Of a stretch of DNA of 64,000 nt, positions 12,258 through 23,469 are shown piece by piece; within the stretch, counting starts at the first letter, position 1, and the number at the start of each line of letters is the position of its first letter. The notes under the pieces were generated by a model, which did not search any database, was not told the DNA's origin, and saw only the letters and a program-made list of their open reading frames with translations. The position numbers were made by a program, and so were the translations under genes. Source of the stretch: Saprolegnia diclina VS20 (lineage: Eukaryota); the NCBI RefSeq assembly GCF_000281045.1, contig NW_008246069.1, positions 168,122 to 232,121 on the forward strand, read 5' to 3'.

Positions 12258-14204
12258 ATGGTGTACCGCGACGACGAGACGCAAGCGCTGGTGCCCAAGG
12301 CGCGGAGCACGACGCCATGCCTCATGCTCCTCACGTGCTGCTCGTGCATCGGCGGCTTCCTCTTCGGCTACGATACGGTTGGCGCGATGGTCGACGCGGT
12401 CGACGCTCATGATGACGCGTAAATGTAGGGTGTCATCTCGGGCGCCCTCGTCTCGATGCAAGGCTCGGACGGTGGCTTCTCGCTCACCACGCTGCAGTCG
12501 GAGACTGTCGTCTCGGCGGCCATCGTGGGCGCGATCCTCGGCGCGGCCATGGGCAGCTACGGCAACGACCGCTTCGGGCGCAAGCCCATGATCTTGGCCT
12601 CGTCCACGCTCTTCACGCTGGGCGCCGCTGCCATGGGCCTTGCGTCGACACTCTCCATCTTGATCACTGGTCGCTTCGTCGTCGGCGTTGCCATTGGCGT
12701 CTCGTCCATGACAGGTACGACGCCCACCAACGCCTCACCATACTGGTTGGTCTTCGTAGTCCCCGTGTACATTGCCGAAGCGTCCCATCCAGGTACACTC
12801 TACGCCATTATGGGCATAGCCCTATAATCTGCTAACGCTGTAGCTTCGCGGGGGACGCTCGTGTCGCTCAACACGCTCATGATCACCGGTGGTCAATTCG
12901 CCGCCAGCGTCTTTGACGGCTTTCTCAGCACGACGCCGCAAGGCTGGCGCTACATGCTCGGCCTCGTCGTGGTTCCGTCCGTGCTGCAATTCATTGGCTT
13001 CCTCATGCTGCCAGGTAGACATCGTGGCCATCATTATCCTCCACACCACACATGCATACTGTAGAAAGCCCGCGCTGGCTCAATGACAAGGGGTTCCGCG
13101 TCGCGGCGCAGGACGCGCTTCTGCGGATTCGCGGCTCGGCCGACATTTACGACGAGTGGGAGCTCATGGTGGCCGAGGCCGACGCGTCCGATTTGCGCGA
13201 AAAGAACTTTGTGGCCGACCTCAAAGCACCGGCGGTGCTGCGCGCCTTGACGCTTGGCTGTGGACTCCAAGTACGTCGTTATGCTCTGTACTCTGCAAGA
13301 GACAAGACGGCTTTTGCGTAGATTCTGCAGCAGCTCTGCGGTATCAACACGGTCATGTACTACGGCGCGACCATTGTTCAAATGGCGGGCTTCAACGACC
13401 CGTCGACCGCGATCTGGCTGGCGGCGCTCGTGGCCTTCAGCAACTTTGCCTTTACGATTGTTGGCATCTTCCTCGTGGACCGGTACGTGTCTAGCTGTCG
13501 CTGAATAAGGCGACGATGTGATTCTAGTGCGGGGCGCCGGCCGACGACGCTTTGGAGTCTAGCCGGTGTCGTGCTCGCGCTAACGGCTCTTGGCACGGCA
13601 TTTCACCTCGCCGAGTCGGTGTCAATCCCTGTGCATGGCGTCGGCGCCTGCGCGTCGTTTGGCACATGCTTTGACTGCGTCGCGAACCCTGGCTGCGGCT
13701 ACTGCGCGGCCACCAACACGTGTCTGCCGGGCTCGGACGTGACGCCGCTAGACGCGTTCCTTTGCGAGAATAAGCGCCTCAACTGGTCGTTCCACACGTG
13801 CCCGACCAAGTCGAGCGTCTACAGCTGGCTCATTGTCGGCGCCATGTTTGCGTACCTTGCGTGTTTTGCGTCCGGCATGGGTGCGTTGCTGGTTTTGTAT
13901 CAAGTTGATACAATTGAACGGTGGTGTAGGCTGCATGCCGTGGACGATCAACGCCGAGATTTACCCCACGAGCGTCCGTAGCGCCGCGATCGGCCTGGCG
14001 ACCACGTCCAACTGGGTGGCCAACCTCGTGGTGTCGTACACATTCCTCTCGATCACCGAGGCCTTGTCGCCGGCCGGGGCGTTCTACCTCTACGCGGGCA
14101 TTGCGGCCCTTGGGTTCATTTGGCTCTGCAAGGCGCTTCCTGAGACGAAAGGGCTTGCGCTCGAAGACATCCAGCGCATCTTTGAAGACGACAAGGCGCA
14201 GTGA
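12258..14204 (+). CDS. Proton/myo-inositol cotransporter (MFS sugar porter, HMIT/INT-like)
   Basis: [49 protein letters not shown], Cys-rich luminal loop (CFDC...CGYC), [15 protein letters not shown]. Confidence 0.93.
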
Positions 14205-14251
14205 TGGCGCTGGTATAGAGAATTCTGCTTACGTGTTCGAGTTGAACAGCA

Positions 14252-15524
14252 TCAGTTTGCACTTTTGTCGTCCTGAGGATTAGGAAATACACGGTCCTTG
14301 AGCCACAGAAAGAACGCACAGGACGACGGCACAGAGCCTGCACAAATGTAAAAGTACTCGCCATGACTAGCCTTGGAGGGCTTGTTGACGGTGCGCAGGA
14401 CGGCGCGCTTCTCGCACTGACAGAGCGGCGATTCCGTCATGTAGAGCGGCCGAAGCATGCGAAACGTCAAGTTGATGCGCGCGTCCTTGGCGTCATGATG
14501 CCACTTGACTTGGTTTGGCCGAACCGGAGGCACCTCGTGCCGGTACAGCTCCTAGACTGCGTCGATACATTGAAATATTGATACTGCCTACTTGAAACGG
14601 AGGCAGCATGATCAACAGCGAGTTGTGGGGCAGCGCGAGGTTGAACGTTTGGGCTGGATAGCTCTCGGTCGGGAGGCGCTTGATACGAAAGACACGCTCG
14701 GCGCCAAGGGTCAGCGACGCGATCGTCGGCCGCGGGCCGAGGTCCGTGAGGGCGTCCGAGTGCGCACCAACGCTCTGGTGATGGGACTTGTAGCAGTTGG
14801 CGAGCGCCACGTTGGCGGCCCAATCATGCGCCGCCTCGAGTGCGTGACGCGGCCGCGTCGACAGCACTGCGTTGACCGCTGCGTCCACGGACGCCTTGGC
14901 CGCCAAGAGGGCCAGCGAAAACGGTGACGACTCGACTTGGTCGCTGTACATGGTCGTGCCAGGCACGGTCGCGTCGAGCTTGTAGAGCCGCGAGACGTGG
15001 GGCGAGAGCACCTCTATTCGCACGTGGGTCAAGGCCTCGGACAACTTGGAGTTACCTCGCTCAAAGATGACCCATTTGATCGTGTGCCACGTGGCCGCGT
15101 CCGCAAGCATCTCGTGAAGCAGCGTGTTGGCTTGGTCGGGTGGCAAGAAGCTTGTCGTCAACGTGAGTGGCAAGCCCGCCGCGGCCAACGTCGCCGGCGT
15201 CAGCGTGATCGGGCGCTGCGCCTCCTTGGCGGGGTCCCACTGCTGTAGCTGCGCGATCGGCACCGTCGACGTTGATGGCGGCGCCGTGTTCTTGAGGCGA
15301 ATGTCGGGCGGTGGTGCCCCAAAGAGCTCGCGGATGTCGACTGTCCGCTTGCGCTTCTTGACGCTATTGGGCTGGCGCGAGAGGAGGCGGTCGATGGCGC
15401 CATCAAGGCTCTTGGCCTTGACGAGCGCGTCGCCGACGATGCACGCATCTTCTGTCGGGAACATCTCGAGGAGCTGGGCGAGGTGCGAGCCAAAGGCCGC
15501 GTCGTCGTCGGTGTTGTGGCGCAT
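14252..15524 (-). CDS. CUE-like domain + AlkB-family 2OG-Fe(II) dioxygenase + GRF zinc finger
   Basis: N-terminal LLEMFP...AIDRLL (CUE-like); NCY...VGAHSD...IASLTLGAERVF...LPHNSLLIM...HEVP...RINLTFR (AlkB HxD/H/RxxxxxR); C-terminal CQC...YFYIC...CAFFLW (GRF zinc finger). One intron at ~14552-14591. Confidence 0.88.
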
Positions 15525-15715
15525 GTTGGATTTTGCGGCCACGTAACTGTCACATTATATAAATACGTTTGTTTTGTGTATCTAGGCATTTGTATCAAGC
15601 ATAAAATATGCCAATAAATGCGACTTGGCGCCAACGGCGGCGTGACCCAATTCGCGCGAAATTGCACTTTCTTGCCGAAGCCATCCCAATTCCGACATTC
15701 CGATATTCGTCTGCG

Positions 15716-16364
15716 ATGGCGCCCAAGGCCGTCGGTAGCAACAAGGTGCTCTGGCGCGGCAAGTCGGTGACCCTCCACGGTACGTGGCAACCGCGGCAGC
15801 TCGGGCGGCTCACGAACGACGATGGGATATCGCGTAGACATTCGCGTGTACAAGCTCATTAGCCGCGTACGTGGCTGTCTTTGGCGTGCATAATGACCTA
15901 AGGCGCTGGATAGATTCCTGCAGGCAAGGTCGCCACGTACGGCAGTGTCGCCAAGGCGATCATGTCGGGCCCACGCGGCGTCGGCCAGGCGTTACGGGTA
16001 CCGATGCATCTATGGCTTCTCAGAACCGCATGCTGCGTATTAGCGCAACCCGTTTGCACCCGACGTGCCGTGCCACCGCGTAGTGAATGCGACGCGGTGC
16101 TTGCATGGCTTTCGCGGGTCGCTGGACCCGACGTGCCACGACCTACAGGACAAGCACGCGTTGCTCGTGGGCGAAGGCGTCTTGATCGCCGACCACAAGG
16201 TACTGCAATTCCGAGAGAGAGAGAAGATAGCGAATTAGCTTGTGCATTAGGTCGACGTTGGCTGCATGTATACCTTCACGCCCGAAGACGTTGCGTCGCT
16301 CCAGGACGACGCAGAGCCATCGACTCGTGTCACTATCAACTTCATTAACTGCAAAAAGCTTTAG
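15716..16364 (+). CDS. MGMT: O6-alkylguanine-DNA alkyltransferase
   Basis: Four short introns splice RVYKLISRIPAGKVATYGSVAK...RGVGQALRRNPFAPDVPCHRVV (active-site PCHR) ...LLVGEGV; stop TAG 16362-16364. Confidence 0.92.
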
Positions 16365-16370
16365 TAGCAA

Positions 16371-17483
16371 CTAGACGTTTCGGAGGTCGACGCGACTGCG
16401 GGCAAGCTGGAACGCTGGCTGCTGGAACGTCCCGAGACTGCATCTACACGTGGCAGCGTGAGCGCGGTATGTGCTACGGAACCCGACTTGAGCCCAAACC
16501 AATGAAAGACACCGAGCTTGGTCTTGCACCGCGGACACGTGATCTTGCCTTGTTCGCCCTGCACGTCGTCAGCGAAATGTCGTGCCAAATGACATGTCTA
16601 CCTGGGTCTCGAGGTGCATCCACGGCATTGGCTCCACGTACAGGCCGTCGCACAGAGTTGCGGCTATCAAAGAGGCTCTTTAGCTGTATACATGGCGGAA
16701 GGGCCCATACCGTTGGCACTGCTATGGGTATGCTCCACCTAGACATGAACCATATCTTGCCATAAGCGCATCCGACCTCAGCACGTACCGCATTGAGCGT
16801 CGTGCAGAGCAGCTGATTGCATTTTTTGCAACAGCACTTGGCGCCACCGCTGGCCGCGAGCTCCAACGGCGAGAGCACCACTGCGTACGTGTTGCGCTTG
16901 TGCTCGTGGGCGCACATGGTGCGGTACTACGACAAGCGCTCTGTGTTGGACATGGGACTTTGAGAAAGATGAAGACCGTCGCGTGGGCGACCGAGTGGCC
17001 CGTGAGCGAGCACTCCATTCCATCAAAGAGCTCGAGCTGCCGGAGAAAGCCTGCATTGATGTAGATGCATGGGCGCGCCGCTTGCACAATCGCGTACGCA
17101 GCGGGAAGGCGCAAATTGTCGAGCTGCATGAGAAAGGCGACGCAGATCGCTGCGCTGCGCGACTGGCCGTACGCGCAGTGGACGAGCACATTGCTGCCGG
17201 CCGCTAGCCGCGCGTGCAAGAAGGCGTAGCACGCAGGCAGATGCGGTAGCAAGAAGGCGTCTTCCATGTCGACGATCGCAATGCAGAGCACATCGTCGAG
17301 CGGCGAGAGGTTGCCCGTGCCAAGCGCGATGATGGCCGATATCCCTTGCGCGGCCGGGGTAGCCGCTGCGTCCGCATGGCCCACAAAGAGCTGTCCGGGC
17401 AGCGAGCAGGGCACGACGGCGAGGTCGGCGCAGGCAGAGACAGGCGGGTGGCACCGCTGGCCGGCTTCGATCTTGCGCCACAT
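16371..17483 (-). CDS. DUSP12: Dual-specificity phosphatase 12 / YVH1-like
   Basis: VLVHCAYGQSRSA catalytic loop, INAGFLRQLELF, C-terminal zinc domain CKKC...GKITCPRCKTKLGVFHWFGLKCS.G...PAFQL..SRVD. Start approximate. Confidence 0.88.
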
Positions 17484-18508
17484 GCCGTGATCGAATGGGC
17501 CGGGATACCGTACGACAACTCCCTCATACTGTATCGTTTGCATTGCAGTGAGAGAGTTGCCCTTCAAGAACCCACCGGCGGGTGGAAAGACGGCCACTTG
17601 AACGATGGCGACGCATGAATTATCCTCCTACGCCAGTTAGTGGCGTCGACGCTTTGCTGGTAATCTTATAGCAATATATCGAGAGCTCGAATGCGATCGA
17701 CTATCTCAACGCATATCGCAATGATCGAGGCAAAGTGGTCAGCGGCGGCGAAAATTGGTTGGTTCCCGATTCACGCGGGATTTCTCGATTCTCCGACAAC
17801 GTCTCAGCCCTGCAGTAGGTCGCCGTCCTTCTCGCACTGTTAAAATGGGTACCTCAGCCTTCGTAGGCAGACACGTCGACAGGAGCCTCCTCTGTAAGGC
17901 GCAACGCTCGCGTTCGAGCAGAAACAGCAAGCTGCAGTAGTAGTAAGGCCGTAAAATGTCCTTGGTATTAGAGTACGCGTCGAGCACCTGCGACATGCAG
18001 CGCCACCAAGAAGCCGACGCCATGTCGGCGGGTCGTCGTCATCGCCGTCTACCTGACTCTGGCGTCAAGTACATGCGCTTCCGGCGTCTTCATCCTCGTG
18101 GTGCGCTGCTGACGTCGTTAATTAGTCGATGCGAGTAGGTCCTAGTCGCTCCTCCGTCTTTCTGTTTGCTCTTTGACCTTCAAAAAGTATCTTTGGTCCT
18201 TCGCGTGCACACAATTGGCAGCTCTCGCGTCGTCTCGTTACTCACGGTCAATTCCTTGATTTAGATGCATGCTCATTGTTTATAGGGAATTGTCACTGCG
18301 AACGTGTAGTGGATCGACGGTCGCGATGCGTTAATTGCCCGAATGCCATTAAAAAAAGATGGTATTTAGATGATGTGTTTGTATGCTGAGACAGGAAAGC
18401 CTATTTAATTGGATTTTGCCCACCGCGTTCGACAACGAGTTGCCCATTTCCGCAGTCCAGCCCATCGCCGACGTCCAGCGCCGTGCATAGAGACGCCGTC
18501 TGCCCGAG

Positions 18509-19885
18509 ATGGACGACGAGAGGAGACGAGACGACGTGCCAGACGACCGTGGCGCCCGCGCACCTGACGGTCATGGCGCCCGCGTACCCGACGGCAATGG
18601 CACCCGCGTACCGGGAGAGCCGGCGCCGCAGTCGTCGCCGGCGGCTGACGACCATTACCGCATCCGCATCTCGTCGATCGAAGGCTCGTCCGATAGCTCG
18701 CTCGGGTCTCGTCGATCGTTGCCGCGCATCTCGGCCAACTCGGACAAGTCGTCGCTCTGTGGCTCGTTCATCAAGCCGACGACGCCTCTGTCGCCGGACG
18801 AGGCCCAGCTCTGGAGCCTCCACGACGACGAGCACGACTTGCCCATGATGGAGCTGACCCGACCCCGGTCGCCGTCGCCACCACCACCGCCAGTGCCACG
18901 CCGCCACACGGACGCGCGACCGCCCACCGGTATGGCCGCGTCCGCGCATCCGACAGGCACCATGTCGGCGGCGCGGCTCTTTATGATGCCCCGGCGGTCC
19001 GAGCCGCAGTTGCCGCTGCACATGAACCCGCCTCGACTGCGCGCTGCGACCACGACAGCGTACCGGTCGCTGCCGCCGCACCTCGAGGAGCCGCGGCTGC
19101 GGCTCGCGCCGCTCAAGCGCACAAGCGGTCTCAAGCCGCCGACAGCGCTCGACGACGACGACGACGTGCCGCCCGAGCTCGTCGAGCACATGTTTGCCAT
19201 CACACCGCCGTCGACACCGGCACAAGACGACGACGACGTCGACGACTTTCGACGTACGATCTCGCCGATCGCGGTCATTGAACCCGCGGCGTCGCGCCAG
19301 CTCACACTGCTCGAGAGCCTCATGTCGCTCGCGCATCGGCTCGGCGTCTTCATCTTTATCGATATGGTATTCCACCATCTTTTGTTATCGAGGTTGTCTT
19401 ATTGTCTACTGGCGTGTAGACCGTCAAGCTCATCATGTTCCTCGTCTTCATGTCGTACGAAGATCCGCTGCGCATGATCATCTCGATCTTTGGCTACTCG
19501 ATCGTCTTCAACTTTAGCCCGAAACAATATTTTGTCGTACGTCGCATGTATCAATCTATCAAGTGCCACACAACTTGGTAGTTTGCGACGCTGTGCACGA
19601 TCGACAGCCTCCTCATCGTGTACCTCTGGAACAACAACCCGGAGAAGGACGCGTACCGTAAAGTCCTCAGCGGTCTCGACATCGCCGTCATCGTACAACC
19701 TCTCCCCTTGAAGTCTCCTCCGTTTCACGCACGACATCGCGCTAGATGATCGAACTCATGTTCACCATGCGCCTCTTGGCCATCACCCACCGCCTCAGCG
19801 AAGAGGGTACGTCGGCATGAACCTCTCAAAGCATGTGGCTCATGACAGAGATGGCGTAGAACTTCAGCAGCTCCATGAACGATGA
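18509..19885 (+). CDS. Hypothetical membrane protein with Ser/Pro-rich disordered N-terminus
   Basis: Long first exon, then short introns joining hydrophobic segments (LGVFIFIDM|TVKLIMFLVFM...IISIFGYSIVF...LLIVYLW); stop TGA 19883-19885. An upstream exon is possible. Confidence 0.65.
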
Positions 19886-19921
19886 GAGAGCTTATTATTT
19901 ATCTATACCCCTCATCCCACG

Positions 19922-21200
19922 TTACCAGTCGTCGTCTTCGAGCGCGTCGTTGAGGAGGTCAGCCGCACTGGCTTGGGTAAACGTCACGACGCGGCGCGCG
20001 GGCATCACAAAGTCGACGTCGAAGTCCTCCGGCAGAGTCATTTCGATCCCGGTCTCATCTTCCTGTGTGCCGGGTCGGTCGAATGGAGGTACCGACGGCG
20101 GCGACGCCATCGGTAGCGTGCGCTTCACGGGCAACAATGGCTTGAGTGGGACGGGGGCCGGACTCACGTTCTCGGAGCTCGTGATCGAGACGGCGGGGCT
20201 CGCGCCGGTCGGCTTCTTGCTCTGCGGCTTGAACGACTTCCACGCCCACTTACCTTTGGGCTTGCCCCCCTTGGGTTTCGACGCCTCGGGCAGCGGCGCC
20301 GGCGCCTTGGACGACCGCTGGATCACTTGACGCTGCGTCATGAGCGCGAGGTCCGCCGACGTTGTCGCCGCGAGCGAGCTGTCTTCGAGCACCTCGATCA
20401 CGTCGCCTTGGTCGCGATGAAACGCCGCAACGTCCTCGTCAAATGCGTCGGTCGCAGGGAAGAGGTGCACAATGTTGCCGGCGCAAATGTTCAAGTACTG
20501 CTGCCGCCGCTCGACAGGCATAAAGACCGTCACCTAACCCTAGTTGTCTCTACCTCCGAGCACAGACAGATGCGTACATTGCGCAGGACAAGACCGGTGC
20601 CCTTGACGAGCGCGATACCAATGGCATCGACTACGTCGCGGTGAAAGTACCCGTCGATCGACCCAAGCGGATCCTATGGCCATGGATCGACTAGGATCAA
20701 CCTACTAACTAAATATTCCAGGACGTACGTGGAAGGTGGCGATGATTTCTTCGTCAACGTACTTGGCCGACTGGATGAGCACAAGCAAGTCCTAGCATAG
20801 CCATGGCTCTCTCGCCTGCAGAGATAAGGACGATGCTAGCACCTCTTCGACGATGCCCGAGGTCTGGAAGCCCGCGGCGATCTGCTCCGTGTTCATGCGC
20901 AGCCGGCTCAGGTCGATCCCGCCTAGAGGATGATGATGAGCATGAGGCTTCGCTCATAAGCTAGTGCTTATGCTACCGTTGATGACGCCTTCGGTCGGGT
21001 TCAGGTCCATGTACTGGCACATCTCGATCCACGGGCCGTGCTCAAAGTCGGTGCTCTCAAGGAGTTGCATCGCGCTTGGCCCGCCATGGTCGGTCCTAGG
21101 ACAATGCTCGATGGCGAGCGCGACGTCGTCGTCGTACGTACTGTAGCGTCTGATGGCGCTTCCGCCATAGATCGCCGAGCGGGCCGTTGATCTTGCGCAT
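19922..21200 (-). CDS. HROB: HROB/MCM8IP-like OB-fold protein (DUF4539)
   Basis: DFEHGPWIEM, then DPLGSIDGYFHRDVV...LVKGTGLVLRN|VTVFMP...YLNICAGNIVHLF, matching the DUF4539 core from memory. Confidence 0.8.
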
Positions 21201-21369
21201 GGGCGTGGCTACATGCACCTAGGTATCGCTGCCCGGAAGCATCATCATCCTACTACCTCGGTCGTCGTCGTCGCCTTGGCCGTGCATGCTTGAAGCGCCA
21301 CGCTCAATCTCGCGTCTGATTGGCTTACACACCGTATCCGGTCTCCGAGTTTTGGATTTTCGGTTTGAC

Positions 21370-23427
21370 GATGGCAGCGCAGGACCGGCTCGCACGGATT
21401 CGCGCCCACCTCCAGGCCATCGACGTCGCCGTGTACGTAGCGAGCGAGGCCTCGCCGGCAGCATCGCCCGACCCCGCCAAGCTCGCGACGGTGCTTCCGC
21501 CGGCGGCCCAAGCGTTCCTCGCCGGCTTGGCGAATGCGTTTCGGGTCGACGTTCGGGCGCTGCACGTCGCACGCCTCCAGCGCCAGCTCGAGCTCGATCT
21601 GTGCAGCAGCCTCGAAGAGGCGCACGCCACGTGTGTCTTTCGCAACGGTCCGTACGTCGACGGCGACGCGTGGACCATCGACCCACTGCCCGAGGTCCTG
21701 CACGATCGCGGCGTGGACATTGGCGACACGTCGCCTGCGCGCACCGACGAGCTTGTCGCGGCAATCAATTCGGGTGCGCAAGGCGTTCAAGTGGACATGG
21801 ACGACGGTCACTGCCCGTCGTGGAAGAACGTCATCCACGGGCACTGGAACCTCTTGCACGCTGCACGTGGAACGCTGCCAGGCATCACGCATTCGTCGCC
21901 CGCGCTGCTCTTACCGCGGCCACGTGCCTGGAACATGGACGAAGAGGTATTCCATGCTGCTGTGGCTTGGCTCATGCACGCTGCCGTCGCATTAGCACGT
22001 CTTGGTACACGGCCACGCAGTGCCCGGCGCGCTCTTTGACTTTGGCCTGCACATGTTTCACAGGTACTGCTCGACCAAGCGCGTCTCCTGCATCTGCCGT
22101 AGCGCCGCGCACTTGATCGCGACGGGCCGCGGCCCCTTTTTCTATTTGCCCAAGGTCATTGGCCTCTGCATAAAGGTGACTCGTCTTACGATGAACGTAG
22201 CTCGAGTCGGCGGCCGAGGCGGCGCTCTGGGCCCGCGTCTTTGCGTACACGGAAGCGACCCTTGGCTTGCCCGTGGTGCGCCCTCTCTGTCTGCGTCTTG
22301 GCTTGACACGCGCGGTAGCATTCCATCAAGGCCATCGTGCTCATCGAGCACATTTTGGCAGCGTTCGAGATGGACGCGATCTTGTATGAGCTCCGGCACT
22401 ACTCGGCGGGTACGCTCGCTGCGCTCTGTCGACGCTGACCCATGCGCGTGTACAGGGCTCAACTGCGGCATGTGGGACTATACGGCGTCCATCTTGAGCA
22501 AGTTCCGGTCGTTCCCTGCTGCGTCGCTGCCCGACCGGCAAGCCTACGTGTCGATGCAGACACCGTTCCTGGCGTGCGCTTTCAGATCCAAGCGCACATG
22601 ACTGAGGCGGTGCGTAGGCACTACATGCGCCTCCTCCTCGCCACGTGCGCGCGACGCCGTGCACCGGCCACGACCGGCATGGTACCGTTCGTCCTCGAGC
22701 ACGCCACGCCGGCGGAGGCCGCTGTGATGCTCGAGAAGACCCGCGCGGTATGCACGAGTGTGTCAAGAGAGCTTGCGTGTAAGGTGTGTAGGCCAAATCG
22801 TACGAAGCGAATTGCGGGTCCCACGGCGCGTTGGTGTTTGACGTCTCGCTCGTGCCCATCGTCCAAGAGGTCGGTCGACATGTGCTGCCATGTGAGGTCG
22901 ACTTTGAATTAGATCTTTGCGCAAAAAAGTCCGCGGGTCGTCGAAGCGGTGGCCACGCCAACTCCGCGCGATCTTCTCACGCTCCCGCGTGGCCACGTGA
23001 CGATGCACTCGGTCGACTTCAACCTGCGCGTCGTCCTCGCTTACATTGAGGCGTGGGGGCGCCAAGATGGCATCGTCGTCCTTGACCACAGTGTCGAAGA
23101 CTCGGCGACGGCCGAGATTGCGCGGTCCCAGGTACGCTTGCTACGAGACAGCCCCGACGTGACGCTTCGTAGCTCTGGCACTGGATCAAGTTTGAGCATC
23201 CGCTTCAGGATACGGACTGCGTCGTGTCCATATCGTGCGTCTCCGCCTCACACGAGTCGACAACTTCATGTGAGACGCTCGATAGGCTCGTGCATGCGTT
23301 GCTCGCACAAATCGCCCATGCGTACGCGCCAGCGACGCGCCGCCTGACGCTCCATGTGCTCCAAGTGCAGCGCTTTCCAACGTTCTTGACGTCGTTCCTG
23401 CAGTCGCAGCGGCTCTTGTGGCAGTAA
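21370..23427 (+). CDS. Malate synthase
   Basis: QVDMDDGHCPSW, LLPRPRAW, VPGALFDFGLHMFH, GPFFYLPKLESAAEAALW, IKAIVLIEHILAAFEMDAILYELR, GLNCGMWDY, VEDSATAEIARSQLWHW; many short introns. Confidence 0.9.
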
Positions 23428-23469
23428 CGACAATATTGGCGTCCTCGGTATAAATGGTGATACTGCCTC

